A DNA stretch of 64,000 nucleotides. Source: Malacoraja senta (lineage: Eukaryota). Location of the stretch: positions 2,170,001 through 2,234,000 of the forward strand of contig CM075991.1 of assembly GCA_038087875.1 (NCBI GenBank), written 5' to 3'. The notes beneath the pieces are model-generated. The model was not told the DNA's origin. It saw only the letters and a program-made list of their open reading frames with translations, and did not search any database. Positions within the stretch are counted from its first letter, which is position 1; the number at the start of each line of letters is the position of its first letter. Shown one piece after another: positions 48,999-61,395 of the stretch. The translations under genes and the position numbers were made by a program.

Positions 48999-50258
48999 AT
49001 GGAGTGCCCCGCCATCCGCGGCAACGCCAGCTCGCTGTGTAACGGGAGCCAGCAGGTGGTGTTGGGAGAGCGCCTCCTGTCGCTGCCCTACTCGGCCCGC
49101 ACCACCGCGGGCATCGCCACCGCCATCAGCTTCATCATCGGCGTCACCATCATTGGCAACGTCCTGGTCATCATCGCCGTGCTGACCAGCAGGTCGCTAC
49201 AAGCCCCTCAAAACCTCTTCCTGGTGTCCCTCGCCGCCGCCGACATCTTGGTGGCCACCTTGGTGATGCCATTCTCCTTGGCCAATGAACTGATGGGCTA
49301 CTGGTACTTCAAGAAGGTTTGGTGCGAGGTCTACCTGGCGCTGGACGTCCTGTTTTGCACGTCTTCCATTGTCCACCTCTGCGCCATTAGCCTGGATAGA
49401 TACTGGTCGGTGACCCAGGCCATTCAATACAACTCCAAGAGGACGCCCAGGAGAATCCGCTGCGTGATCCTCACCGTGTGGCTCATAGCGGCGGTCATCT
49501 CCTTCCCCCCTCTCATCTCCATGGACAAAAACCTGGGCGGAGAAGAGATCCCCGTGTGCCGGCTGAACGAGGAGCGCTGGTACATCCTGTCCTCCAGCAT
49601 CGGCTCCTTCTTCGCCCCGTGTGTCATCATGGTCCTGGTCTACATCAGGATCTACCAGGTGGCCAAGACGAGGACGAGGCGGTCGCCGGGCGGCCGAGAA
49701 GCGGGGCTGGCCAACGCCACCGCCTCCAACAAGCGGCGGTCCAACGAGCCGACCTCGCTGTCCCGCGGAAACAAGGTTCAGGAGATCGGAGGCGAGGGGA
49801 AGGAGGGAGCTGGAGATTCTTCATCCTCGGAACAGGAGGATTGCTCCAACCAAGGGAAGTCCCAGACAAGGATTGAAGCTGGGGGGTCCCACAAGCAGGC
49901 AGCTTGCTCGTGCCAAAGCCAAGCCGAGCACTTGGCCAAGCGGCAAGCTCCACTGACGCCCAACGCCATCAGGAAGAAAGCCATCCAGACCCGCGAGAAG
50001 AGGTTCACCTTCGTTTTGTCGGTCGTCATTGGCGTGTTTGTTCTCTGCTGGTTCCCATTTTTTTTCTCCTACAGCCTGACCGCTATCTGCCCGGCCACTT
50101 GCTCCATCCCCCCCGCTATCTTCAAGTTCTTCTTCTGGATCGGCTACTGCAACAGTTCCCTCAACCCCGTCATCTACACCATCTTCAACCAGGACTTCAG
50201 GAGAGCCTTCAGGAGGATCCTCTGCCGGGAACACAAGGGCTCTCTGTACCGCGTGTAG
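48999..50258 (+). CDS. adra2b: Alpha-2B adrenergic receptor (intronless class A GPCR, 419 aa)
   Basis: Good Kozak context gcgATGG. Subtype-B-like motifs [77 protein letters not shown] and [33 protein letters not shown]. Confidence 0.93.
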   Translation: MECPAIRGNASSLCNGSQQVVLGERLLSLPYSARTTAGIATAISFIIGVTIIGNVLVIIAVLTSRSLQAPQNLFLVSLAAADILVATLVMPFSLANELMGYWYFKKVWCEVYLALDVLFCTSSIVHLCAISLDRYWSVTQAIQYNSKRTPRRIRCVILTVWLIAAVISFPPLISMDKNLGGEEIPVCRLNEERWYILSSSIGSFFAPCVIMVLVYIRIYQVAKTRTRRSPGGREAGLANATASNKRRSNEPTSLSRGNKVQEIGGEGKEGAGDSSSSEQEDCSNQGKSQTRIEAGGSHKQAACSCQSQAEHLAKRQAPLTPNAIRKKAIQTREKRFTFVLSVVIGVFVLCWFPFFFSYSLTAICPATCSIPPAIFKFFFWIGYCNSSLNPVIYTIFNQDFRRAFRRILCREHKGSLYRV

Positions 50259-50276
50259 GCGGCAGGTTGCGGAGCC

Positions 50277-50700
50277 GGGGGGGGGGAGAGGGTGAGGGTG
50301 GGGGGGGGGGGTAAGGGGGATGATGGTGGGGGGGGGGAGAGGGTGAGGATGGGGGTGGGGGTGAGGTTGAGTTGTGAGGGTAAGGGTGGGGAGATGGTGA
50401 TGAGGGTGAGGGTGAGGGGAGGGGAGGGTGAGAGTGGGGAGAGGGTGAGGGTGAGGGTAGGGGTGGGGGTGAGGGTGAGGGTGAGGGTGGGGTTGAGGAA
50501 GGGTGAGAGTGGGGAGATGGTGAGGGTGAGGGTGAGGGTCAGGGTGAGGGTGGGGTGGGGGTGGGGGTGAGGGGAGAGGAGAGGAGGAGAGGGTGAGGGT
50601 GGGGAGAGGGTGGGGGTGAGGGTGGGGATGAGGGTGGGGAGAGGGTGGGGATGAGGGTGGGAGAGGGTGGGAGAGGGTGGGGGAGAGAGTGAGGGGAGAG
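50277..50700 (+). repeat. G-rich (TGAGGG/GGGGT)-type repeat
   Basis: Directly visible, starting about 20 nt after the stop codon. Confidence 0.95.
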
Positions 50701-50748
50701 TGTGCACGGAAAGCGAGGATGCAAACCAACAAAAACCAACATTTTCCA

Positions 50749-50754
50749 AATAAA
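50749..50754 (+). terminator. Candidate polyadenylation signal of adra2b
   Basis: First AATAAA after the stop codon, with T-rich sequence about 40 nt downstream. Confidence 0.5.
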
Positions 50755-50809
50755 CCAATGGCATGTGACGATACCGCTATCTTAGTTCAGTGATTTCTTT
50801 TCAAACGAG

Positions 50810-51085
50810 CGGGGCCGCGGCGTATCGTTCAGTTGCTGCCCCGGCCACAGCGCCAGAGACCCGGGTTCGTCCATGACTACGGGTGCTGTCTGTGTGGAGT
50901 TTGTACTTTCTCCCCGTGACCTGCGTGGGTTTTCCAGAGATCTTCAGTTTCTTCCCACGCTGCAAAGACGTGCAAATATAAAGTTGTCCCTAGTGTGTGT
51001 GTGTGTGGGGGGGATAGTGTTAATGTGCGGGGGTCGCTGGTCGGCGCGGATTCGGTGGGCCGAAGGGCCTGTTTCCGCGCTGTAC
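50810..51085 (+). mobile_element. V-SINE
   Basis: B box, V-domain and CR1-like tail. Confidence 0.8.
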
Positions 51086-51567
51086 CAAACGGGTTCGATC
51101 AATGTGCTGAAGAATGCTGCGGAAGTACACAAAATGCTGGAGTAACTCAGCGGAACAAGCAGCTGAGAACAGTCAGAAGAAGGGTCTCGACTAATTCCTT
51201 CTCTCCAGAGATGCTGCCCGTCCCGCTGAGTTACTCCAGTTTTTCGTGTCCATCTTCGGTTTGAACCAGTATCTGCAGTTCCTTCCGACACATTTCGATC
51301 TATGTGCTGTCTATGTGGAGTTTGCACGTTCTCCCTGTTACCGCGTGGGTTTCCACCCGCTGCTCCGGTTCCCTCCCACATCCCAAAGACGAGTGGGTTT
51401 GTAGGCTAATTGACGCGAGTGTGCACGATAGAACTAGTGTATGGGGATTGCAGGTCCGGTGCGGACTCTGTGGGCCGATCGGCCTGTCTCCTAAATCTCT
51501 ATCACTGTGTCTCAAAAGTTAAGTACAAGATTGAACATTTGTGGTGAATAAATTGTCCATATTGCTA

Positions 51568-53178
51568 CAGTACCCTCCATAATGTTTGGGACAAAGACCC
51601 ATAATTAATTAATGTATTTATTTGCTTCTGTGCTCCACAATTTGAGATTTGTAATAGAAAAAGATTCACATGTGGTTAAAGAGCACATTGTCAGATATTA
51701 ATAAAGGTCATTTTTATACATTTTGGTTTCACCATGTAGAAATTACAGCAGTGTTTATACAAAGTCCCCCCATTTCAGGGCACCATAATGTTTGGGACAC
51801 AGCAATGTCATATAAATGAAATTAGTCATGTTTAGTATTTTGTTGCATATCCTTTCAATGCAATGACTGCTTGAAGTCTGTGATTCATGGACATCACCAG
51901 TTGCTGGGTGTCTTTTCCTGGTGGTGCTCTGCCAGGCCTGTTTTGCAGCCATCTTTAGCTTATGTTTGTTTTGGCAGCTAGTCCCCTTCAGTTTTCTCTT
52001 CAGCATATAAAAGGCATGCTCAATCGGGTTCAGATCGGGTGATTGACTTGGCCACTCATGAAATTGACCATTTTTTAACCTTTGAAAAACTCCTTTGTTG
52101 CTTTTTGTTTGTGATCATTGTCTTGCTGTAGAATGAACCGCTGGCCAATGAATTTTGAGGCATTTGTTTGAACTTGAGTAGATAGGATGTGTCTATACAC
52201 TTCAGAATACCATCAGCAGTTGTATCATCAATGAAGATAAGTGAGTCGGTACCTTCAGCAGCCATACATGCGCAGGCCATAACACCCCCACCGCCGTGTT
52301 TCACAGATGAGGTGGTATGCTTTGGATCTTGGGCAGTTCCTTCTCTCCTCCATACTTTGCTCTTGCCATCACTCTGATATAAGTTAATCTTCGTCTCATC
52401 TGTCCACAAGACCTTTTTCCAGAACTGTGGTTGCTCTTTTAAGTACTTCTTGGCAAACTGTAACCTGGCCACGCTATTTTTGCGGCTAACCAGTAGTTTG
52501 CATCTTGCAGTGTAGCCTCTGTATTTCTGTTCATGAAGTCTTCTGCGGACAGTGGTTATTGACAAATCCACACCTGAAGAGTGTTTCTGATCTGTGGGAC
52601 AGGTGTTTGGGGATTTTTTCTTTATTACAGCGAGAATTCTTCTGTCATCAGCTGTGGAGGTCTTCCTAGGCCTGCCAGTCCCTTTGCAATTAGTAAGCTC
52701 ACCAGTGCTCTCTTTCTTCTTAATGATGTTCCAAACAGTTGATTTTGGTAAGTCTAATGTTTGGCTGATGTCTCTAACAGTTTTATTCGTGTTTCTCAGT
52801 CTCATAATGGCTTCTTTAACTTTCATGGCACAACTTTGGTCCTCATGTTGAAAGACAGCAATAAAAGTTTCCAAAGGTGATGGAAAGTCTGGAGGAAAGA
52901 CGAGGTGCTGAGAGCTCCCTTATACCTGCATTAAGGAGGCAATTAAACACACCTGAGCAATTACAAACACATGTAAAGCCATGTGTCCCAAACATTATGG
53001 TGCCCTGAAATGGGGGGACTATGTATTAACACAGCTGTAATATCTACATGGTGAAAATAAAATGTATAAAAATTGCCTTTAATAAAATCTGACAATGTCC
53101 ACTTTAACCACATGTGATTTTTTTCTATTACACATCTCAAACTGTGGAGTACAGAGGCAAAGAAATAAATAAAGACTG
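51568..53178 (-). mobile_element. Tc1 transposon, near full length, IR/DR type, frameshifted transposase
   Basis: TA|CAGT...ACTG|TA ends. Inverted repeats of about 230 bp with direct repeat ccataatgtttgggaca; the right IR lacks about 30 bp. Motifs GRPRKTS, WKKVLWTDETKINL, VKHGGG and WPSQSPDLNPIEH. Confidence 0.92.
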
Positions 53179-53779
53179 TATATCTGTTGGTTATTAGTTA
53201 AATATCACTGTCCCTTCTGGGCGGGGAGTGGAATCGGCTATCGATTTTATATAGAAGTTATTGGAAGAAAAAATAAGAGTTGGTCTTGGCATCATGTTCG
53301 GTGGAGACATTGTGGGCCGAAGGGCCTGTTCCTGTGCTGTACTGTTTAGGTTAAAGGCACAGGAACAGGCCCTTTCAGCCCACAACGTCCGTGCTGAACA
53401 TGATGCCAGGTTAAGTTGACCTCCTGACTGCATGCAATCCATATCCCCCTATTCCCTATCTGAAAGGATCTGCAGATGCTTGATTACAGAGTGTCATGTA
53501 TTCTGTTTAAGTGGTTTACAGCACTTGGATACCCCCCCTTTCCCCTCTCTCTGACCCACCCTGGTGCACAGTCACTGCTTCCACACCCCACACCCCTTAG
53601 ACCAACCCATTCCACTTATATCCCTTTCAGCTGATCAAAACCACCTTCACTGTATCCACCTATCTCTTACCAGGCTTTGCCCCAACCCATTTTCTCCAGC
53701 CTCCCCCCACCCCCCACTATTATGAGCCTGAAGTAAGATCCTGACCCGAAACATCACCCATCCATGTCGCTACAAATAT

Positions 53780-54003
53780 TGAAGATAGACACAAAATGCT
53801 GGAGTAGCTCAGCGGGTCAGGCAGCATCTCTGGAGAAAAGGAATGGGTGACGATTTGGGTTGGAACACTTCTTCAGTTTGAATGGGGTTCCAACCCAAGA
53901 CATCACCGATTCCTTCTCTCCAGAGTTGCTGCCTGTCCCACTGAGTTACTCCTGCATTCTGTGTCTATCTTCTGTGTAAACCAGCATCTGCAGTTCCTTC
54001 CCA
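53780..54003. mobile_element. Palindromic Penelope-derived mini-element
   Basis: Inverted terminal-repeat pair plus tail. Confidence 0.75.
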
Positions 54004-54346
54004 GAGATACTGCCTGACCTGCTGAATTACTCCAGTGCTTTGTGATTTTTTTTTTGCAAATCTAAAAGCCTCTTAAACACCACTACCATATCTGTCTCCA
54101 CCACCAACCCCTGGCAGCGGGTTGCAGATACACACCGCATGTTAAAAGAACTTGTTCTGCACATCTCCTTTAAACTTTGCCCCGCGCACCTTAAAGTTAT
54201 GCTCTTTGGTCTCTGGAGAGGAAACCCTTGTGGTGCAGTATAAGAGCAGAAGCGAAACTTTTGCCAGCATTACCCTCCCTGTAATTCTCCTTCATTAGCC
54301 AGGATGCAGACAGGTAGCTTTTCTCCCCAGCAGGAAGTCTGACCCT

Positions 54347-54630
54347 TTGGGGCGCAGCGGTAGAGCTGTTCCCTTACAGTGCCAGAGGCCCATGTTTGAT
54401 CCTGACTATGGGTGCTGTGTGTACAAAGTTTGTACATTCTCCCTGTGACCACATGGGGTTTCTCCGGGTGCCCAGGTTACATCCTATACTCCAGAGACGT
54501 ACGGGTTTATACGTTAATTGGCTTTGGTAAGTTTTTTTTAAATAGTCCTTAATGTGTGTAGGTTAGTGTATGGGGTGATCGCAGGTTGGCGCAGACTCGG
54601 TGGGTTGAAGGGCCTGTTTCCACACTGTAA
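54347..54630 (+). mobile_element. V-SINE
   Basis: Head, V-domain and tail. Confidence 0.8.
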
Positions 54631-54699
54631 CTCAAAGGCGAAATTATGTCTAAAGACAATGAAACTGCCAACTTTGCATTTTTAGACCTCGTATTGGTC

Positions 54700-54975
54700 A
54701 GTCAGTTTCTTCCCAGCTGTGATCAGGAAACTGAACCGCCTGCCAACACCTAGAGAGCAGCCCTGACCTCCCATCTACCTCATTGAAGATCCTCGGGCTA
54801 TCTTTAATTGGATTTTACTGGCCCTTATCTTGCCCTAAACATTATTCTCCCTATCATATATCTGTGCTCTGCGGACGGCTTGATTATAATCATGTCTAAT
54901 CTCTCTGCTGACTGGTTAGCACACAACAAAAAGCTTTTCACTGTACGCGTGACAATAAATTAAACTAAACTAAAC
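54700..54975 (+). mobile_element. Rex/Babar 3' end
   Basis: Matches 57450-57745. Confidence 0.7.
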
Positions 54976-55240
54976 ATAGATGTGGCCCTTATGGCTTATG
55001 TGGCCCTTATGGAGAGAAGGCAGGTACAGGATACTGAGTTGGATGATCAGCCATGGTGGTCGGCGTGGACCCGGTGGGCCAAGGGTGATTTCCAAGGTGT
55101 ATCGCTAAATTAAAACGAAACTAAAATCCCCCTTTATCTTTGCACTAAGCTCGATAGACTTTATCCTGTACCTGTACACTGCGTTTCACTGTACTTGATA
55201 CATGTGATAATAGTGAACTAAACCAGACCAAGCTAAATTA

Positions 55241-55460
55241 AAGATCGACATAAAATGCTGGAGTAACTCAGCGGGACAGGCAGCATCTCTGGTGAGAAGG
55301 AATGGGTGACGGTTCAGGATCGAGACCCTTCTTCAGATGTAGGGTTTCGACCCGAAACGTCATCTATTCCTTCTCTCCGGACATCCTGCCTGTTCTGCTG
55401 AGTTACTCCAGCATTTTGTGTCTATCTTCGGTGTAAATCAGCATCTGCAGTTCCTTCCTA
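55241..55460. mobile_element. Palindromic Penelope-derived mini-element
   Basis: Inverted arms of about 95 bp plus tail. Confidence 0.78.
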
Positions 55461-56427
55461 AACTAAACTAAAGATTGGCGTTGGTTAGGATGGAGACAGA
55501 GGACTGCCCACTTATCAAACTGTGAAGTGTAGGTAAATTGAGATCTAAGTAGTTAATAAACAGCACAGTTCAGTTCCAGTTGTAGAATGCAGCTGGTCTG
55601 TCCAGTTACAGAGCCAATATTCCCAGATAAGTGAATAGCAAATCAACAGAACTGGACACAAGCCTTTACACCAAAGATACTAGAGCAAGCCTTCTACGAT
55701 ATTTGCTTTACACTGTGCAGTGGCTTTGCTTCATTTTATAATATAATCCTGAAGATGCAGCATTTTCTGACACGGATCAAAAGGACTCGAGCTCTCAGAT
55801 GCAGACTAGCTTTCAGCCTCTGGTTCAGCAATGAAATATATCCCCCTTCCCCAACACCCCCCCCCCCCCCCCCCCCCCCCACCTTCAGCCCACAAGTTCT
55901 GCATTCCTACTGAGAAGAAAGAGCATAATGCAGGCATGAAAGCAATGCATGAACGCGCCAATCAATACAACGCTAGGGGGAGGTCTACTGTGCTGGGGGG
56001 GCAGAGATCGGGGGGGGGGGGGAGGTAGAGATGGGGGGCAGAGATTGGGGGGGGGCATAGATGGTGGTAGGGGCAGAGATGGGGGGGAGGGGGTCAGAGA
56101 TAGGGGGGGGGGAGTGAGGGTTGATGGAGCTCTTATTATTTTGTCCATAACACCTAACATTGCTATCTTCAAGTTATTAATAGTACGGGCTCCCACTCCC
56201 TATCCAGCTCCAGAGTTTGACATCCAAAAGCGCTGAGTGAAAAAGAAAATCATTATGTCTGGTTTAGATATTTTACAGATAATATAAAATCTATATTCCT
56301 GGCTTGCAGCCCGAAGGGAATAATCGTTTGCTATCGACAGTCATCTTCGACATTTCTCTCAGGTGCCGTATTGGGAGGGCAGTCGATTTAATACTCTGGT
56401 TTGGCTATGACGTTCTTTCCAACTGTT

Positions 56428-56607
56428 TTAGACACAAAAATGCTGGAGTAACTCAGCGGAACAGGCAGCATCTGTGGATGGAAGGAATGGGTGACGTCTC
56501 CGGTCGATATCCTTCTCTCCGGAGATGCTGCCTGTCCCGCTGAGTTACTCCAGCATTTCGTGTCTATCTTCGGTGTAAACCAGCATTTGCAGTTCCTTCC
56601 TGCACAC
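56428..56607. mobile_element. Palindromic Penelope-derived mini-element
   Basis: Inverted arms plus tail. Confidence 0.75.
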
Positions 56608-57159
56608 TTCTTTCCATCTGTTTCCCCACAAAGGTAATTTGCCGACCCCCATAATTGGCCGAGACTCTGGGTGGTGTAGCTGGTCGAACCACTGCCCTTA
56701 AGGGTCTCGACCCGGAACGTCACCCTTTCCTTCTCTCCAGAGATGCTGCCTGTCCCGCTGAGTTACTCCAGCATTTTGTGTCTATCTTCATACAAATGTA
56801 TAACTGAAAGCAGTTCCCTCATCCCCACGGATGATCATAGACCTTCCATCTCACTGACCCAGCGTCTCAATGAGAGGGAGGTAGCTAACATACCCGAGGA
56901 ATGTAGCACCGTGCCAAAAGACCACTTCAAACATCTGGGGGAGATGGCAGGCTTGTTGTTGAAGCAGCTTGTTTATGCACTCTCAGCCACATCTCTATTA
57001 CATTTGGCAAACATACTGTTGACCATGGTATGTGTAGATAATTTATAACAAGTTGGGATAGTCAACAAATGACTAACTGACACAAAGCTTCACATTAAAA
57101 ACCTGGTCAGATATATAATGGGGGGAAAAACTCCGAGCTTTGTTTCTTCAGCCACAGCC

Positions 57160-57745
57160 CCATAGAAAGCATTTCATCAGGATGCATCGTGTCACGGTTT
57201 GGGAAGATTTTATATTATCTGTAAAATATCTAAACCATCCAAGACCGCAGGAAAATGCAGAGAATTGTGGACGCAGCCCAGACCATCACACAAATCAACC
57301 TCCCTTCCATTGGCTCCATCTACACCTCACGCTGCCTCGGCAAGGCCAGCAGCATAAACATGGACCAGTCTCACCCCAGTCACCACTCTTCTCCCCTCTC
57401 CCATCAGGCAAAAGGTATAGAAGTGTGAAAACACACACCTCCAGATTCAGGGACAGTTTCTTCCCGGCTGTTATCAGGCAACTGAACCATCCCACCACAA
57501 CCAGAGAGCAGTGCTGAACTACTATCTACCTCATTGGACACCCATGGACTATCTTTGATCGGGTTTTATCTTGGTTTTATCTGAACGTTATTCACGTTGT
57601 TCCCTTGATCCTGTCTCTGTACACTGAGAATGGCTCGATTGTAATCATGTATGGTCTTTCCGCTGACTGGTTAGCACGCAACAAAAGCTTTTCACTGTAC
57701 CTCGGTACGCGTGACAAGAAACTAAACTCAAATTAAACTCAAACT
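57160..57745 (+). mobile_element. Rex/Babar LINE 3' fragment
   Basis: ORF 57140-57517 LFSPLPSGKRYRSVKTHTSRFRDSFFPAVIRQLN, followed by a (TAAAC)-like tail. Confidence 0.8.
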
Positions 57746-57949
57746 CATCTACAATTTAGTTTTTGCCCCTTCTTTTCCTTGCCCAAGTTCTCTTCAAAAC
57801 AACCTAATTGAAACATTTCATACCGGCAGGTGGTTTTAATATTTGAACCAAGACAGTTCCTCTAACTAAGAGGCCCTCACCCAGCTCTGCGTTGGAATGT
57901 CAGCCCAGATATCCCCACTCAGGTCTTTGGTCAGTCGACAGACTCACAA

Positions 57950-58232
57950 TATAGAAACATAGAAAATAGGTGCCAGTGTAGGCCATTCAGCCCTTCAAGC
58001 CAGCACCGCCATTCTATATGATCATGGCTGATCATCCAAAATCAGTACCCCGTTCCTGCTTTCTCCCAATATCCCTTGATTCCGTTAGCCCCAATATCTA
58101 ACTCTTTTGAAAACATCCAGTGAATTGGCCTCCTCTGCCTTATGTGGCAGAGAATTCCACAGATTCACAATTCTCTGGATGAAAAAGTTTTTCCTTATCT
58201 CAGTCCTAAATGGCCTACCCCTTATTCTTAAT
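57950..58232 (-). mobile_element. CR1 3' fragment
   Basis: (ATAGAAAC) tail and gtaggccattcagccc sequence. Confidence 0.75.
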
Positions 58233-58285
58233 ATCGTGACTCAAAGCCATTTGATAATGAGGCTGGGAATTCTTAGATGATATTA

Positions 58286-58595
58286 GGGTGGCACGGTGGC
58301 ACAGCTGTAGAGTTGCTGCCTAACAGCGCCAGAGAACCGGGTTCGATCCTAACTATGGGTGTTGTCTGCACGGAGTTGGCACGTTCTCCCCATGACCTGT
58401 GTGGGTTTTCCCCAGGTGCTCTGGTTTCCTCCCCCACTCCAAAGACGCACAGGTTTGTAGGTTAGTTGGCTTCGGTATAATTGTACATTGTCCCTAGTGT
58501 GTGTAGGATAGTGTTAATAAATATGCGGGGATCGCTGGTCGGCACGAACTTGGTGGGCCGAAGGGCCTGTTTCCATGCTGCATCTTTAAACTAAG
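58286..58595 (+). mobile_element. V-SINE, full length
   Basis: Head, V-domain and tail. Confidence 0.85.
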
Positions 58596-58637
58596 CTAAA
58601 TTAATTTCTGTTCCTTACCTGGAAGTGGGGTGTCAAA

Positions 58638-58837
58638 NNNNNNNNNNNNNNNNNNNNNNNNNNNNNNNNNNNNNNNNNNNNNNNNNNNNNNNNNNNNNNN
58701 NNNNNNNNNNNNNNNNNNNNNNNNNNNNNNNNNNNNNNNNNNNNNNNNNNNNNNNNNNNNNNNNNNNNNNNNNNNNNNNNNNNNNNNNNNNNNNNNNNNN
58801 NNNNNNNNNNNNNNNNNNNNNNNNNNNNNNNNNNNNN
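58638..58837. other. Assembly gap (200 N)
   Basis: Run of n. Confidence 1.
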
Positions 58838-59018
58838 TATCCAGTCTTTCTTCATATGAAAGTCCTGACATCGCAGGAATCAGTCTGGTGAACCTTCTCT
58901 GTACTCCCTCTATGGCAAGAAGGTCTTTCCTCAGATTAGGAGACCAAAACTGTACGCAATACTCCAGGTGTGGTCTCACCAAGACCCTGTACAACTGCAG
59001 TAGAACCTGCCTGCTCCT
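58838..59018 (-). mobile_element. CR1 fragment
   Basis: Encodes LVRPHLEYCVQFWSP. Confidence 0.85.
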
Positions 59019-59167
59019 ATAATGAGCAAATGGGATTCAGTTCAGCTCCAGTTGCCGATAATCTTGTCGAACCATCCAGAGATTATGAACGCCTTGCTTT
59101 TAATTCTAAACTCCATCGCACTAAAGTGATACACACTATAGAGGGAACGAAAATGAATGAGATTATA

Positions 59168-59425
59168 TGGTGGCACAGTGGTAGCGTAGCTGCCCGACAG
59201 CACCAGCGACCCGGGTTCAATCCTGACAACGGGTGAGGTCTGTACAGAGTTTGCATGTTCTCCCTGTGACCACGTGAGTTTTCTCCAGGAGCCCCGGTTT
59301 CCTCCCAGACTCCAAAGACGTGCAGGTTTGTGGGTTAATTGCCCTCTGTAAATTGTCCCTGTGTTCAGGTTAGAACTAGTGGGCGGTCAGTGGGCCGAAG
59401 GCCTTGTTTCCAAGCAGAATCTCTA
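59168..59425 (+). mobile_element. V-SINE
   Basis: B box, V-domain and tail. Confidence 0.8.
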
Positions 59426-59861
59426 AAATTATAACATTTATTTTTCCATTCCCCTTCTATCGGGTTTCAAATTCTTTGTGACACACAGATTGCTTTGTGC
59501 CAGTGCTGAAGTGGATAAGTTGTCCAATTAGTTGGAATGCAGGCTAGTCATTATCGGACTTCAAGAGGGAAAATGCTCATTTTCTTCTGATAAATCCTTG
59601 CCTGTTCTTTGTGTGCGAACGTGCTGTCCCCAGTGTGAGATGGGGCATACACTCCAGCCTTGCTGGAGACACACAGTTTTCCCAAGGCATCTGATCGCTT
59701 GCTGCGTTCAATAAATGTTCTGTTCTGTTTGCAGCCTTCACTAACAAACAGTTCTGCTGACTGCGACACTTTCATCACACCCTTGATGCACTCTCGTCAC
59801 ACTGAGTTACACCTTCAACAGTCAGGAAGCCCCCTTGATCTGTGCGCACAGTTCCAGCTCC

Positions 59862-60160
59862 TAGTTTAGTTGAGAGATACAGCGCGGAAACAGGCCCTTC
59901 GGCCCATCGAGTCCGCACTGACCAGCGGTCCCCGCACATTAACACTGTCCTACGCACACTTGGGTCAATTTACATTTTACATTATACCAAGCCAATTAAC
60001 TTACAAACCCTCGCGTCTTTGGAATGTGGGAGGAAACTGAAGATCTTAGAGAAAACCTACACAGGTTACAGGGAGAACGTACAGACAGCACCCGTAGTTG
60101 GGATCGAACCTGGGTCTCTGGCGCTGTAAGGCAGCAACTGTACTGCTGCACCACCATGCC
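59862..60160 (-). mobile_element. V-SINE
   Basis: Reverse complement of a full SINE. Confidence 0.85.
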
Positions 60161-61129
60161 TCAACACATGCTTTGCTTTGAGATTGCCAGCTGGCCATTG
60201 CAATTCACCCAGTGGCCAGTCATCACCTTGGGATTAGACAATGCCAGCATGTTTCACAATACATAGTAGCACTAAAACCTGTCTGAAGAAGGGTCCCGGC
60301 CTGAAACCAACTATTCCATGTTCTCCAGAGATGCTGCCTGACCTGCTGAGTTACTCCACCAACTTGTGTCTTTTTTTGTAAACTCGCATCTTCAGTTCCT
60401 CGCAGCTCCAATCCTGTTACATTTGCCATGTACCTTGCATTGCTGTAGAGGCTGCTAATAACAATCGAAAGGAGCACGAAGAACAGTCTCATAAACTCAA
60501 CCCGTTCTAAATAAACAAATGACTTGATATGCAGTCGCCAAGCTCGGCCCCGAAGACCTGAGAGACGAGGAGCGCTTGGCGATGACAGACAAGAAGATTA
60601 GATATAATTCTTTATTCAGTACTTCACTGGAAACTCATGTGGCTGTGGTGGCAAGTCTAGGCCAGAATATGTGAAGGAAGGAACTGTAGATGCTGCTTCA
60701 AACCAAAGATAAACCAAAGCTGGAGTAACTAAGTGGGTCAGGCAGCATCTCTGGAGAGTAGGAATGGGTGACGTTTTGGGTCGAGACCCTTCTTCAGAGG
60801 CAGTCTCACCTGTTCCTTTTCTCAGAGATGCTGCCTGACCTGCTGAGTTACTCCAGCTTTTTGTGTCTATTTGGGTCAGAACATGATTGTAGATCAGGAG
60901 TGCGGCAAGAATTACAGAGGGGAAGTTGTGAGAGAGGGTCTTACAGAACTCCTGTCGGAGAGAGGAGAGAACTCCTTGAGGAGTTTACGCAGATGAGCAG
61001 TAAAATGTAAACACAAGGAACTGCAGATGCTGGTTTCTAAAAAAAGACGCAGCAGGTGAGGCAGGTTCTCTGGAGAACATGGATAGATAACGTTTTGTGT
61101 CGGGACCCTTCTTCAGATCATTAGACCTT

Positions 61130-61395
61130 TGGAGTTTAGAGATACAGCCCTTCGGCCCACCGAGCCCGCACCGACCAGCGACCCCGTACATGAACACTTC
61201 CCTGCATACGAGGGCCAGTTAACTTACAAACCTGTACGTCTTTGGAGTGTGGGAGGAAACTGAAGCACCCGGAGACAAACCACACGGTCACAGGGAAAAT
61301 GTACAAACTCCGGACAGACAGTACCTGTATTCTGGATCGAACCTGGGTCTCTGGTGTTGGAAGGCAGCAACTCTACCGCTGCGCCACCGTGCACC
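61130..61395 (-). mobile_element. V-SINE
   Basis: Reverse complement of a full SINE. Confidence 0.85.

Noticed and set aside
49821..50764. Long antisense Pro/His- and Leu/Thr-rich ORFs overlapping the adra2b end
   Set aside because: They are a by-product of the stop-poor G-rich repeat, with no evidence of coding.
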